Shown here: positions 38,981-48,979 of the stretch, in pieces
Numbering within the stretch: position 1 is the stretch's first letter
How the letters are laid out: each line of letters opens with the position of its first letter
Assembly (NCBI GenBank): GCA_001774685.1
Contig: MFAS01000001.1
Location: 9,268-73,267, forward strand
Source of the DNA: Candidatus Collierbacteria bacterium RIFOXYD2_FULL_45_13
GTDB taxonomy: Bacteria; Patescibacteriota; Microgenomatia; UBA1400; MFAQ01
Reading direction: 5' to 3'
Length of the DNA: 64,000 nt
Translations under genes and position numbers: made by a program
The notes under the pieces: generated by a model
The model's database searches: none
The model's input: the letters and a program-made list of their open reading frames with translations, nothing else
What the model was told of the DNA's origin: nothing

Positions 38981-39088
38981 ATGTCGATTTTATTAAGTGC
39001 GCGTTAAACCCTCCCAAAAGTATGGCTCAGAAAGGTCCAATGATAAGCAGACACAAACCAGTTCATGCCGATATTCTATCACAAATTC

Positions 39089-40570
39089 CTACAGCTTCTT
39101 TAGGCGTTCTGAGATCTCCAGCTCTAGGAAAGTTATGAGGTTTTCTACGTCCGCTATATCCGTCCACGGATGCATGGCCACAAACCTAAAGGCGGATCTC
39201 CCGTTGTCTACTTCGTCGTTAGTGGATACATAGTATCCATATTTTTGGTCCACTGCCTGCTGCACATCCCTCACCAAACGTCCGTATCCTTCTTTACTTA
39301 ACCCGAGATTGTTATTCAAACCAATCAGCAAGGTGTTTAGTTCCGGCACATGCAATGGTCTAAGCAAAGTAGAAGCCTTCACTCGATTAAAGCAGTATTC
39401 TGTCAGCTCGAGTGTGTGATCGAGTAGAGCCGCAAAACCATCTTTCCCTAATAGTTTCTCAGTTGCCCAAGTAGCCATCACCCCACCGGCCCCCAGTGAT
39501 CCTTCCACTCTAGCCGCGAAGCCAAAGTTTCTGTTTTCAGGGTCCCCCAACAGTCCTTTATTATCTTCAGGTTGCAAATATCTGGCACTTTTCTGGATCA
39601 GTGCGTGATCTTTTCGATTTTTAAATAGCACCGCTCCGGCTTGATACGGTACATAAAGCATCTTATGTGGGTCAACGGTAATTGAATCGGCCCTATTAAT
39701 ACCCTTGAACAAGTCGCCGCGACTAGATAAGATAAAGGGTCCTCCATAAGCCGCATCTATGTGTAAATGTGTTTTTGTCGCCGATGCCACGTTAGCCAAA
39801 CCTTCCAGGTCATCAACTTCAGCCGTCTCCGTCTCACCCGCCAAGCCTACTAACGCCAACACATGTTCGCCCTTTCGGTTAATCTTCCAGATCGCTTTTT
39901 TTGCCTCTTCGACGTCAGTTTTGTATCCTTTTCGGGGTAGTAGTGTAAGTACTACATTTTCTGTACCTAGTATCACACAAGCCTTATCAATCGAATAATG
40001 TCTCATGTCGTTTACCAAGACATGCATCACAGTCCCGGGTTTCCACTTACCGACTTCCTTTAGTTCTTTAATTTTCTTTTCTCTAGCTACCCACAATGCT
40101 GCCAAGTTCGCTAGAGTTCCGTCAGTCACTATATTTCCACTTGCTTCTCTCTTGTCATATCCAAACATGTCGATAAGCCAGTCCACAGCTTCAAGCTCCA
40201 TTTTGTGTTCAGACATCGAGACTTCTTTGACTATTGTATTGGTGTTCATATATGCTCCCACCAGGTTAGCCAAAATACCCACCTTACCTCCACTGGGATG
40301 AATTTGACCCATAAATTTATGGTCAAACCTTCTGGTAGATGACTCTCTCCGTAACAACTCTCCCATTATTTCAACTAGATCGTCTGAGTCTTTTGATCTT
40401 GACAACCAGTTCTGCGAATTCTCATCCATCTTCTCAATATCACCGCCCGTCGCGTATATCTGTGCCATCACCCTAATAGTATCTGCCCCCAGCTGTGCCA
40501 ACTTCTCCGAGGTTTCCGGCCTTCTGGGGTCAGCAAAATACTCTCTTGCTTGTTCGAATTTTTTGTTCAT
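39089..40570 (-). CDS. PLP-dependent amino-acid decarboxylase, group II (Pyridoxal_deC family)
   Basis: SGNIVTDGTLANLAALWVAREK, HIDAAYGGPF and VDPHKMLYVPYQAG (PLP-binding Lys) motifs. Confidence 0.8.
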   Translation of the reverse strand: MNKKFEQAREYFADPRRPETSEKLAQLGADTIRVMAQIYATGGDIEKMDENSQNWLSRSKDSDDLVEIMGELLRRESSTRRFDHKFMGQIHPSGGKVGILANLVGAYMNTNTIVKEVSMSEHKMELEAVDWLIDMFGYDKREASGNIVTDGTLANLAALWVAREKKIKELKEVGKWKPGTVMHVLVNDMRHYSIDKACVILGTENVVLTLLPRKGYKTDVEEAKKAIWKINRKGEHVLALVGLAGETETAEVDDLEGLANVASATKTHLHIDAAYGGPFILSSRGDLFKGINRADSITVDPHKMLYVPYQAGAVLFKNRKDHALIQKSARYLQPEDNKGLLGDPENRNFGFAARVEGSLGAGGVMATWATEKLLGKDGFAALLDHTLELTEYCFNRVKASTLLRPLHVPELNTLLIGLNNNLGLSKEGYGRLVRDVQQAVDQKYGYYVSTNDEVDNGRSAFRFVAMHPWTDIADVENLITFLELEISERLKKL

Positions 40571-40693
40571 ATTTATTATTAATTACTATTTTTGCTTACA
40601 AAAAAACACCCGTAGGTGTTTTTCCACTAAATATCTTCCCTGCTATATTCCATCTAATCCAAATGTACTACATCCATAAAATTTGTCAATTGG

Positions 40694-41722
40694 TCATCGA
40701 CCGCCTCTGAATCTGCGATCTATACCCTGAATGGCTTCAGCCACGTCAGGCTCTAGCACACCACTCACGATCTTTATCGGTGCTAGCAGTGTTCCCTTTT
40801 TTAATTTTCCAAGTAAAAGCACAGGGAATCCATCCTTGTCGCGGTTTCGGTCAAAGCCACATGGCACAAAACCGAGATTCAGACACTCCATAATACCAGT
40901 CGTATTGGCCGGGCTGGCGCCCAGTGGCACCAGAGTAAACTGAGAACTCGACTCTGCTTCTCTAATAGCCATTTCGAACTTGACTCCAGCTCTGTCTGGC
41001 ACAATCACCGAAAAAGGCAGTTTGTCAGCTACCGTCCACTTCATTTCCTTGGTTGACTCACCCGACCTGATCGACAAATCTCCGCCAAAACTTCTTCTTG
41101 ACATTGCCACCGCAGTTCTCAGGAGCAGCTCACGGCTAGCTCTATCTTCAGGCAAAAATGCAGATAGTCCACAAGGGATTAACTGAGATGAGGAAAAAAC
41201 GAACATTTCTTGCCTATTAGGATTTCCGTGATTAAACGCTGGCACCGCCGCTTGAGGATTCAAACCCAAATGTCTAAAACAAACGATTTGGGTGGCTTCT
41301 CCCGAGGGCACACCACCGAACTCATCCGAAACTCTCACTTCAGCTACCAGTGGGGAATCCGCATTCATCATGTGATGTTGCGCAGCCAACAACATCAACA
41401 GTCCTCCCACCCCGTTTTCCAACGACACGGCCCTTCCCACCTCTACACTCCCATCCGACTGCCTTACCAGTGCCGCCGATCCAATCGGTCTATCGCCTTT
41501 CATCGCAAACCATAGTCTGCAGTTTCCCGATGCAATATCCCGCAAAAGAGAGTCTCTTCTTTTGGTAATTCCGTGTTCAACGTACATGGCAGAAAGTAGC
41601 TGCGTCAACCACTCCGCTTGGATATCTTGTGGCAAATTATCTTCAGGACTAATTATCAATACTTCCTTTGATAACTGCTCGGTTTTTCGCTCTATCACCG
41701 ACTCCACCTGTTCTTTATTCAT
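40694..41722 (-). CDS. Hypothetical two-domain protein with an N-terminal GNAT-like acyltransferase fold
   Basis: RLWFAMKGDRPIGSAALV...ENGVGGLLM is motif-A-like. It sits in a locally GC-rich segment. The start is taken at ATG 41722, because the TTG at 41791 lies inside the leader terminator hairpin. Confidence 0.45.
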   Translation of the reverse strand: MNKEQVESVIERKTEQLSKEVLIISPEDNLPQDIQAEWLTQLLSAMYVEHGITKRRDSLLRDIASGNCRLWFAMKGDRPIGSAALVRQSDGSVEVGRAVSLENGVGGLLMLLAAQHHMMNADSPLVAEVRVSDEFGGVPSGEATQIVCFRHLGLNPQAAVPAFNHGNPNRQEMFVFSSSQLIPCGLSAFLPEDRASRELLLRTAVAMSRRSFGGDLSIRSGESTKEMKWTVADKLPFSVIVPDRAGVKFEMAIREAESSSQFTLVPLGASPANTTGIMECLNLGFVPCGFDRNRDKDGFPVLLLGKLKKGTLLAPIKIVSGVLEPDVAEAIQGIDRRFRGGR

Positions 41723-42085
41723 ATCATTTAGTTTGTATTTTAATAACAAAAAACCCTGGTCAAACCCCAATAAAATATTGGAATTAGACAAGGGTCTTTT
41801 AACAAGACGGTACCACCTTGTTTCTTCACCCTCTCACGATGGTGAACTTCAAAAGTGCTCTGTTTTCCACTAGGGTGACACACTCATTTTCTATGACGGG
41901 AAAGACCCGGACCTTGTTACCAATGTCTGCTCAGGAGGGTTAATTCAACGAATAAAGTCCGGCTTGCTTTCACCACCCGCAAACTCTCTGTTGTCACCTT
42001 TTTTCGCCTACTACTTCTCCTTCAACGCATTTATTAATCTTTTAAAGAATACACAAATTTACCAATTTCATCAGCCCGTGTCAAT
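41723..42085 (-). promoter_or_regulatory. T-box-like leader: promoter, Stem-I-like region with AGAGA and GGUGA motifs, T-box core GGUGGUACCG, and terminator hairpin with U-tract
   Basis: Minus-sense AAGGUGGUACCGUC (+ strand 41806-41820) matches the T-box core GGUGGNACCGCG at 10 of 12 positions. Terminator CCCUUGUC...GACCAGGGUUUUUU lies at 41747-41794. A TTGACA-17-TAAATT promoter lies at 42056-42084. Confidence 0.4.
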
Positions 42086-42105
42086 GGCTGTGTAATTTTT
42101 CTATC

Positions 42106-43323
42106 TTATTTTACCAACTTCAAATACTTCCTCTTCCCTATGCGCACCACGTTTTCACCTTGATTTAGAGGTAGTTCAGCTTCTCCATCAATCCGTTTCT
42201 CGTTCAGATAGATTGCCCCCTCCTTGAGTAAGGTTTTGAACTCCGTGTTGCTAGTCACCAAACCATTGGCCAAGACATAAGCCGCCAGTGAAGCTTCTGC
42301 TCCCAGCACCGGTACTGCAAAATCAACTTTAATCACTGGTGCGTCAGTTCCAGCCATCTTCTCCACCACCGTCTTCCTAAAGTGCTCCTCCGCTAGCGCC
42401 ACCGCTTCATCACCGTGTAGTTCCCGTACGATGATATTTGCCAATTCCTTCTTGAGGTTCATCGGATTCTCTCCTTTTTCCAGACGGGCATTTGCGTCAT
42501 CGATTACCGTTTGCTCAGCATTTGTTCCCATCAGGTAGTATGTGAGTAACACGTCGTCCGCAATCGACATAATCTTGCCATATATCTCTTCAGGTGAATC
42601 CTCGATCCAGATGGCGTTACCCCAAGACTTACTCATCTTGCGACCATCAGTACCGGGTAAAAATCCATTGGCCAAGACAAATGATTCCTTGCCCCTTAGG
42701 TTTTTCTGTAGAGTTCTTCCTGCTTGCATATTAAAAGTCTGATCGGTCCCTCCAAGCTGAATGTCCGTGTCCATAAAGTAGCTGTCGTAGCCTTGCATGA
42801 TGGGGTATAACACTTCCGGCAAACTCACAGGCTTACCTTCAGTCAATCTTTTCTTAATGAGTTCCCTGCTAATAAAGTCATTCAAAGAAAAATTCCGAGT
42901 AAGTTTCAACACATCACCAAAGTTCAGCTTACTCAGCCACTCGCTATTGTGATGCACCTGTACTTTGGAAAAATCCAGAAACTTCGCCGCTTGACTCTTG
43001 TATGTCTGGAAGTTCTCTTCGATCTGTTCGTCGGTCAAAATCGGTCTCTCCGCTTCTTTGTCGGATGTATCTCCCACTTTAGCGGTAAAGTCCCCGATCA
43101 AAAATGTCACGTTGTGACCGAGATCTGCAAGGATCTGTAATTTCCTTAATGGAAAGGCGTGTCCCAGATGGATCCTTGTGGCCGTTGGATCAATCCCTAA
43201 ATAAACATTAAGTTTCTTATCCGAATACAATAATTTACCCAGCTCTACCCGGCTGGGAATAATATTTTCAACTCCCCGAGTCAAAAAACTCTCAATTAAT
43301 TCTTTCTTACTTGCTTCATCCAT
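42106..43323 (-). CDS. tyrS: Tyrosyl-tRNA synthetase
   Basis: HLGH (RIHLGHAF) and KMSKS (RKMSKS) motifs. C-terminal S4-like domain. Confidence 0.9.
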   Translation of the reverse strand: MDEASKKELIESFLTRGVENIIPSRVELGKLLYSDKKLNVYLGIDPTATRIHLGHAFPLRKLQILADLGHNVTFLIGDFTAKVGDTSDKEAERPILTDEQIEENFQTYKSQAAKFLDFSKVQVHHNSEWLSKLNFGDVLKLTRNFSLNDFISRELIKKRLTEGKPVSLPEVLYPIMQGYDSYFMDTDIQLGGTDQTFNMQAGRTLQKNLRGKESFVLANGFLPGTDGRKMSKSWGNAIWIEDSPEEIYGKIMSIADDVLLTYYLMGTNAEQTVIDDANARLEKGENPMNLKKELANIIVRELHGDEAVALAEEHFRKTVVEKMAGTDAPVIKVDFAVPVLGAEASLAAYVLANGLVTSNTEFKTLLKEGAIYLNEKRIDGEAELPLNQGENVVRIGKRKYLKLVK

Positions 43324-43353
43324 GGATATATTCTAACACTCTCTTGTGAGCCT

Positions 43354-45327
43354 CTACTCCACTCCCTGTTCATCCAGAATTTGCTTCACCGTCAGTCCTC
43401 TGGCTAACCCGTCTCTCAATATCGGCCAAATTTTATTCGCCACCACCATCTTCGGCCTTCTCACTTTTGTTTTATCTATTATTCCTAGTTCTAACAATTG
43501 CTTTACTGAATAAACATCAAAACCGTTAACAAAAAGAACTTCTTCCATGCCCTGGCTTACAAGTGATTCAGCGACCTTTTTTTGTTCAAGATATTTTAGT
43601 TGATCGGTGGTTGTTACCCTCCCCGATTTATCATCGAGTGAGGTGTGTTCTCTCAACAACCTCATCGCTCTATCATACGCATACTCGAACACTTGACCAT
43701 ATATGTCACCATCTCTAAATACATCTTGTTTACTTTTACCTAATCTTTTTGCCCTGATATTAAAAAATAAATCTAGACAGTCCCTAAAAGTTCCTCCCTT
43801 TTTTCTTAGTTCTATACCCTGAAGATATATGTTTTCAGGATAATTATCGTTACCCGTAATCCGTTTCATGGTGACATCTTCAACATACTTCGCTCCTGCT
43901 TCTTCTAGCACCTCATCTCTACCGCCAGCAGGGTACCTCTTCATTATTGTGAGAGGTAAATCTACAGCATCCCAATTTCTATGGGACAGCAAATGTCCTT
44001 CGATCTCGTGAGCAACCCCGGTGAGGTAAGCTACTAGATCTTTCTTTGATGACTTTGGTATATAAAGGATAGCTCTTTTCTTCGTGTAAGCCATGCCCAT
44101 TTTGCTTTGCGCCGATTTTCTCTTCAGTACATCACAGTCTATAAATCCATACTCTTTCAAGATCCATTGCGCTATTCTTATTTCATCGTCGCTTGTCATG
44201 TCTACTTCCAAAGTCGGCTCAGTTTGACTGGAGGCATCAATATCCCTAACGATTTCATTTATTCTTTCGGTCAGTGCCACTCTATTTCCCCTTTTGTCGA
44301 ACTCTTCACCCACTCCATGCAAAAATCTGTCATACCGTTCCATCCTGGCCGGATTTATGTCAAATATTTCCTTTCCGTCCTTTCCGGAACCAATCCACAA
44401 GAGCATATCATCTGCCAGTTGCTTATTAATATACTTCCGGTAAATGTCCAGAATAAAAACCTTTGCCAATTCTAAGTCATCAGATCCTTGTTCATATTCT
44501 CTTGTCATGTTTTGAATTTCTCTCTTCATCAACCTCAATCCATCCAGCCTTTCTAAATTTCTCTCAGGGTGGGTTAGTTTGCAAAGTTTGTTCAAATTCT
44601 CAATCCGACCCAAGTCTCCGTTGTTATCACGAAAATCCTTACTTGTCTTTTCTCTTGCCCATTCGTCTGTAAACCAATGAATCCGAAGTCTCCATGACAA
44701 ATGTATTGATTTCGGATCAAACTTTTCAAAGGCTTCTCTTACCTCTTCTTCTTCAATTTCACCGTCATCATATTCAAAAGTTCTTTTTATTTCCACTTCC
44801 TCTCCTCTTTCTTCGGACACAATTTTGCTAAGTTTATTAAAATTTATTTCTGCTCCACTTTTCAACTGACCGCTCTCAAAAATATCCTGAAACGTGGCCT
44901 CTCTCATCTCACGCTTAAGCTTCTTCCTCTTTGCTTTTATCTCACCATCATCTTCTGAACCCTTATCCGTGTCTTCTGAGTCTTCGTCTTCCTCATCGTC
45001 TTTTTTTTCACTAGGAATCCCCACACTTTCAAAGATTTCATTCATCCAAGCATGAAGTTCAGTTCCTTGCTTATACATTAGCTCCACCATCGCCTTTCCC
45101 ACACCAGACCGTAAAGCCGCTGGATATACGTCGTGAGTATTTATTTTTATTTTCTTGATTCTTTGGAGCTTTTCAAACAGCTTCTCCTCAAAATCAAGTA
45201 GCTCTTTTTTCTCTTTCTCGCCAAGCACCAGCGGTTCCTGCGGCTCAAAGGCTCCTTCTTGCTCCACAAAGGACGAAGCCCTCAAAGGATATGGAAAAGC
45301 TGGTCCTCTTTCAATTTGGTATGCCAC
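43354..45327 (-). CDS. Large hypothetical protein (657 aa) with an acidic low-complexity N-terminal region and an HExxH zincin-like motif
   Basis: HEIEGH in VAHEIEGHLLSH. DE-rich stretch (EEDEDSEDTDKGSEDDGE). Confidence 0.4.
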   Translation of the reverse strand: MAYQIERGPAFPYPLRASSFVEQEGAFEPQEPLVLGEKEKKELLDFEEKLFEKLQRIKKIKINTHDVYPAALRSGVGKAMVELMYKQGTELHAWMNEIFESVGIPSEKKDDEEDEDSEDTDKGSEDDGEIKAKRKKLKREMREATFQDIFESGQLKSGAEINFNKLSKIVSEERGEEVEIKRTFEYDDGEIEEEEVREAFEKFDPKSIHLSWRLRIHWFTDEWAREKTSKDFRDNNGDLGRIENLNKLCKLTHPERNLERLDGLRLMKREIQNMTREYEQGSDDLELAKVFILDIYRKYINKQLADDMLLWIGSGKDGKEIFDINPARMERYDRFLHGVGEEFDKRGNRVALTERINEIVRDIDASSQTEPTLEVDMTSDDEIRIAQWILKEYGFIDCDVLKRKSAQSKMGMAYTKKRAILYIPKSSKKDLVAYLTGVAHEIEGHLLSHRNWDAVDLPLTIMKRYPAGGRDEVLEEAGAKYVEDVTMKRITGNDNYPENIYLQGIELRKKGGTFRDCLDLFFNIRAKRLGKSKQDVFRDGDIYGQVFEYAYDRAMRLLREHTSLDDKSGRVTTTDQLKYLEQKKVAESLVSQGMEEVLFVNGFDVYSVKQLLELGIIDKTKVRRPKMVVANKIWPILRDGLARGLTVKQILDEQGVE

Positions 45328-45643
45328 AGATATATTCTACAACCTTATAAGTCAAAGGAGCATAACTAGGCTCTTCATTTACTATTTGCCGTCCTTAAAA
45401 TCCGATTGCATCTTCCTTATCAGATTAACCGACCGACTCTTCTTGATTTTGTTGTGAGTTACGCAATGCCACCAAAAATGTCTCTTGTGTATCAAAACCA
45501 TTCATTACCCGCACACGGTCATCCATGCCCATGTCTCCAGAAACTTTTTCATCTGCTTCTCCCATCATGTCTGGCAACCTCATACCGAAGTGTTCACTCT
45601 TTGCTGGTATAAACGACTCGCTTTTTTCCATGATTGGATTGTA

Positions 45644-46828
45644 TCAAAGTTGTGAAACCATCAATCTTTTAATTTCTTCCACATATTTTTCCGGCTCCAA
45701 AAATGGTCCCGCATGAGGACTATTTTCAATTACCGAAACCTCCAAATTCGCTTGTCTTTTTCTGAGATTTCCTAAATTTTGTGAGTTAAATACATCTGCT
45801 GATTCAGTGACTTCATCTTGTCCACCAGAAACCACAGCTAGCCTACCTCGATTTTTGAATCGACCAAAAGTCCCATTCACGTTATCCCGACAAACCTTTT
45901 TCCCCAATTCAACCCAAGTACCAAACTTGATTTTCTTTTGTTCATCCTTGCTTTTATCATCCACAAAAACATATTTAGGCAGATCTTTAAGAAATTTAAG
46001 TAAGTTTAGATTCTCACGGACCATTCCACTTCCAAAATCTTTCTCACTTATATCCTTCGATCCTCCAGGACACATCAAAACTGCATTATTTACTCTGTTT
46101 TCCCTAGTCAAAAAGTTCTCGGCAACCCCACCCCCCGCCGAATACGCCAGCAAATCAAAATCTCCCACAGGAACCAGTTTGTTAATCGCATTTTCAAAAT
46201 AAATACTGTGTGGTTCAAAGTCTTCAGCCTTCTTAACCGCATCAAAAAATTCAGGCGTCTCAAATCCACTAGGCGCGTCTGGATATCCAATCAATAATAT
46301 TTTCCGATTTGGTATTTCTCTGGCCAACTCTCTCACAAAACTATCCATACTTTCTATACCATTACTCGCACCAGGAATGATAACAATTGGTAGTTCTTCT
46401 GTTTCAATTTCCTTGTTCAAAACCACATATTTTGCTCTTTGAACACCCCAGGGAGTTTCTACCTCCAAATCTTGCTGCTCAACAAACTCTCTTTCAATTC
46501 TTATTTTATCCTCGTAATCACCCATAGACTTACTTCTTTCATCCGAGCCAATTTCAGTTTTCCTCGCCTCTTTTGCCTTTCTGTACAAGTCCGCCCTCTC
46601 TCTTCTCATTGGAAAAGTAACTCGTTTTTGACCTAGCTTTTCAGTCGCCAATCCAAACCAATACCAGAAGTTGCCTATCGATTTTTCAATTACCGGCTCT
46701 GCCGAATACTTTTCTCCACCAGCCATGACCGGCCTAGCAGCATCTTCTTCGGAAATTGGACTAATATTTTCAGGCATATCTGGATTATACAGACCTCTCC
46801 TTATCTTCCTTAATAACTTTCTCGGCAA
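45644..46828 (-). CDS. Alpha/beta-fold hydrolase with an N-terminal extension of about 130 aa
   Basis: AYSAGGG nucleophile elbow. IPGASNG precedes it. Confidence 0.5.
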   Translation of the reverse strand: MPRKLLRKIRRGLYNPDMPENISPISEEDAARPVMAGGEKYSAEPVIEKSIGNFWYWFGLATEKLGQKRVTFPMRRERADLYRKAKEARKTEIGSDERSKSMGDYEDKIRIEREFVEQQDLEVETPWGVQRAKYVVLNKEIETEELPIVIIPGASNGIESMDSFVRELAREIPNRKILLIGYPDAPSGFETPEFFDAVKKAEDFEPHSIYFENAINKLVPVGDFDLLAYSAGGGVAENFLTRENRVNNAVLMCPGGSKDISEKDFGSGMVRENLNLLKFLKDLPKYVFVDDKSKDEQKKIKFGTWVELGKKVCRDNVNGTFGRFKNRGRLAVVSGGQDEVTESADVFNSQNLGNLRKRQANLEVSVIENSPHAGPFLEPEKYVEEIKRLMVSQL

Positions 46829-48581
46829 AATCGGACAGTGACATGGATCCCAAATCCTTTTGACCTCTTGCTCTCACGGACACCTGTCCGCTTTCCGCTT
46901 CCTTCTCACCCAAGATTAGCATATACGGCACTTTTGATGCTTCGGCATTTCGGATTTTTTTGCCGAGAGAATCTGCGTCGCTATTTAGCTCTACCCTTAA
47001 ACCCTTCTCTTTTAACTCCTTAACAATTTTTTCAGAATACGCCATTGTTTTCTCGGACACTGGCAATGCCGTTACCTGAATAGGTGATAACCATACCGGA
47101 AATGCCCCAGCATAATGTTCGATTAAGACCATCATTGCTCTCTCCGCAGAGCCCAGGATAGCCCTATGGAGCATCACAGGGTGTTTCTGTTCACCATTCT
47201 GATCGGTATAGACCAAGTTAAATCTTTCCGGCATTACATAGTCTATCTGCAACGTAGACAGTTGCCACTCCCTGCCCAGCGCATCCGTTGCCACCAAATC
47301 CATTTTTGGAGCATAAAAGGCCGCTTCCCCGGGACCATCATAGTATGGAATATTATTTCTCTCCATGATCTCCACCGCCCACTTTTCGACCCTATCCCAC
47401 ACAGCAGGGTCACCCAGGTATTTTTCGGGATGGTCCACATCCCTCGTCGACAATCTGTATTTATATTTAAAACCAAAAGTATCCATCACTTTCTTGGTCA
47501 TCTGCAAAGCTACATCAATTTCGACGTCGACCTGATCCTCCCGGCAAAAGATATGGCAATCGTCTTGCGAAAAAGATCTCACCCGGCCGAGCCCCGAAAG
47601 TTCTCCCGGTTTCTCGTCACGGTAAAGCATAGCAAAGTCCGTTAATCGCAAAGGAAGATCCCGGTAACTTCTTGGTTGCGCCGCATAAATCTGGGTGTGC
47701 TGTGGGCAGTTCATCGGTTTTAGGAACATTTCTTCGTCGGAGTAATTGGACACCACCCGGAACATGTCGCCTTTATATTTGTCATAATGCCCGGAAGTCT
47801 TAAACAGATCGGCCTTCGCAATCTGCGGTGTCCAAACTTGATAGTAACCTTGAGCCGCTTGTACCGACTCCACAAACTCAGTTAGTTTCCTTCGAACAAA
47901 GGCTCCTTTGGGGGAATACAAAGGTAGTCCACTTCCCACTAAATCCGAAAAAGAAAACAGATCCATTTCTTTTCCCAGTTTCCGATGATCTCTTTTCTTC
48001 GCTTCGTCCAATTGCCACATATATTTATCCAGCTCCTCTTGTGTGGCAAACGCCGTTCCATAGATCCTCGTCAGCATCTTATTTTTCTCGTCCCCATGCC
48101 AATAAGCTCCAGCAACAGACAGTAGCTTAAATGCTCCAATCTCCGATACAGAATCCAGGTGCGGTCCGGAACACAAATCCTCGTCGATCACTTTCCCGTT
48201 TGGCAAAGTCATTTGATAGGTCGAAAACTTCTCACCGCGACCAGCAATCTCCTCCACCCACTCCATCTTGTATGGGTTTCCCGCAAAGATTTTTTTGGCT
48301 TCATCGGCCTCAATCTCCCGCCGCACCATCTTCGACTCCGACTTTATTATCCTGGCCATTTCTTTCTCAATCGCCGGAAAGTCTGCTTCGGTTACCTTGT
48401 CATCCAAATCAAAATCAAAATAAAAACCCTCATCCGTCGCCGGCCCCATTGCCTTTTTCAGATTGGGGTAAAGCTTCTGCATCGCCGTATGCAAAACATG
48501 CTCCGCGGTATGCCTGAGCTTCAGCGTATCCTGCTTACTCTCATCCATTTTTATATATTTATCGTCCAGTTTTTTCGACAT
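46785..48581 (-). CDS. thrS: Threonyl-tRNA synthetase
   Basis: 598 aa with class II motifs (HRAILGSAERAMMVLIEHYAG) and N-terminal editing-domain residues. Confidence 0.93.
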   Translation of the reverse strand: MSKKLDDKYIKMDESKQDTLKLRHTAEHVLHTAMQKLYPNLKKAMGPATDEGFYFDFDLDDKVTEADFPAIEKEMARIIKSESKMVRREIEADEAKKIFAGNPYKMEWVEEIAGRGEKFSTYQMTLPNGKVIDEDLCSGPHLDSVSEIGAFKLLSVAGAYWHGDEKNKMLTRIYGTAFATQEELDKYMWQLDEAKKRDHRKLGKEMDLFSFSDLVGSGLPLYSPKGAFVRRKLTEFVESVQAAQGYYQVWTPQIAKADLFKTSGHYDKYKGDMFRVVSNYSDEEMFLKPMNCPQHTQIYAAQPRSYRDLPLRLTDFAMLYRDEKPGELSGLGRVRSFSQDDCHIFCREDQVDVEIDVALQMTKKVMDTFGFKYKYRLSTRDVDHPEKYLGDPAVWDRVEKWAVEIMERNNIPYYDGPGEAAFYAPKMDLVATDALGREWQLSTLQIDYVMPERFNLVYTDQNGEQKHPVMLHRAILGSAERAMMVLIEHYAGAFPVWLSPIQVTALPVSEKTMAYSEKIVKELKEKGLRVELNSDADSLGKKIRNAEASKVPYMLILGEKEAESGQVSVRARGQKDLGSMSLSDFAEKVIKEDKERSV

Positions 48582-48610
48582 ACATTTAGTATATGCATTT
48601 TGAATTGGTA

Positions 48611-48692
48611 CAGAAGACTAGTCAACAACCGCACGCAGGCGGGACCCGGTACTCCAGGGAGATCCGAGTACGGTTTTGACGGGCTTCGAACC
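48611..48692. repeat. Copy 2 of the 82-nt intergenic element
   Basis: About 95% identical to 16554-16636. It ends about 30 nt upstream of the thrS start. Confidence 0.8.
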
Positions 48693-48897
48693 AAGTATCA
48701 AAATGCAGATTAATAACAAAAAACTACCTTCTTGCAGGAACCCTTGTGGGGTGGTTCCATCCTGCTTGCGGTAGCCTCTTAATGGGAGCGTTGGTGCCCC
48801 TGACCTGTTCCTCCGGGTTGGTAATCCATCACCGAAACAATTCAACTAGTCTTATTCTAGCACTTTTTTGACTAGCCTCAACCACGTGCCTAGACAC

Positions 48898-48926
48898 TTG
48901 ACTTTTCATGCTATAGGGTGTATACT
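48898..48926 (+). promoter_or_regulatory. Sigma70-like promoter (TTGACT-17-TATACT) for the small ORF at 48980
   Basis: Canonical hexamers with 17-bp spacing, 54 nt upstream of the AGGAGG RBS. Confidence 0.5.
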
Positions 48927-48979
48927 CAGCCTCACATTTCCATTTAACAATCTATATTCATTGCCAAAGGAGGCAAGGT

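Noticed and set aside
45425-45631. 68-aa minus-strand ORF downstream of the alpha/beta hydrolase gene
   Set aside because: It has no RBS and no homology. It is kept only as a weak possibility and not annotated.
48618-48845. 75-aa minus-strand ORF in the lysS-thrS gap
   Set aside because: It overlaps copy 2 of the 82-nt element and the GC-rich hairpin region and has no RBS. It is probably non-coding.
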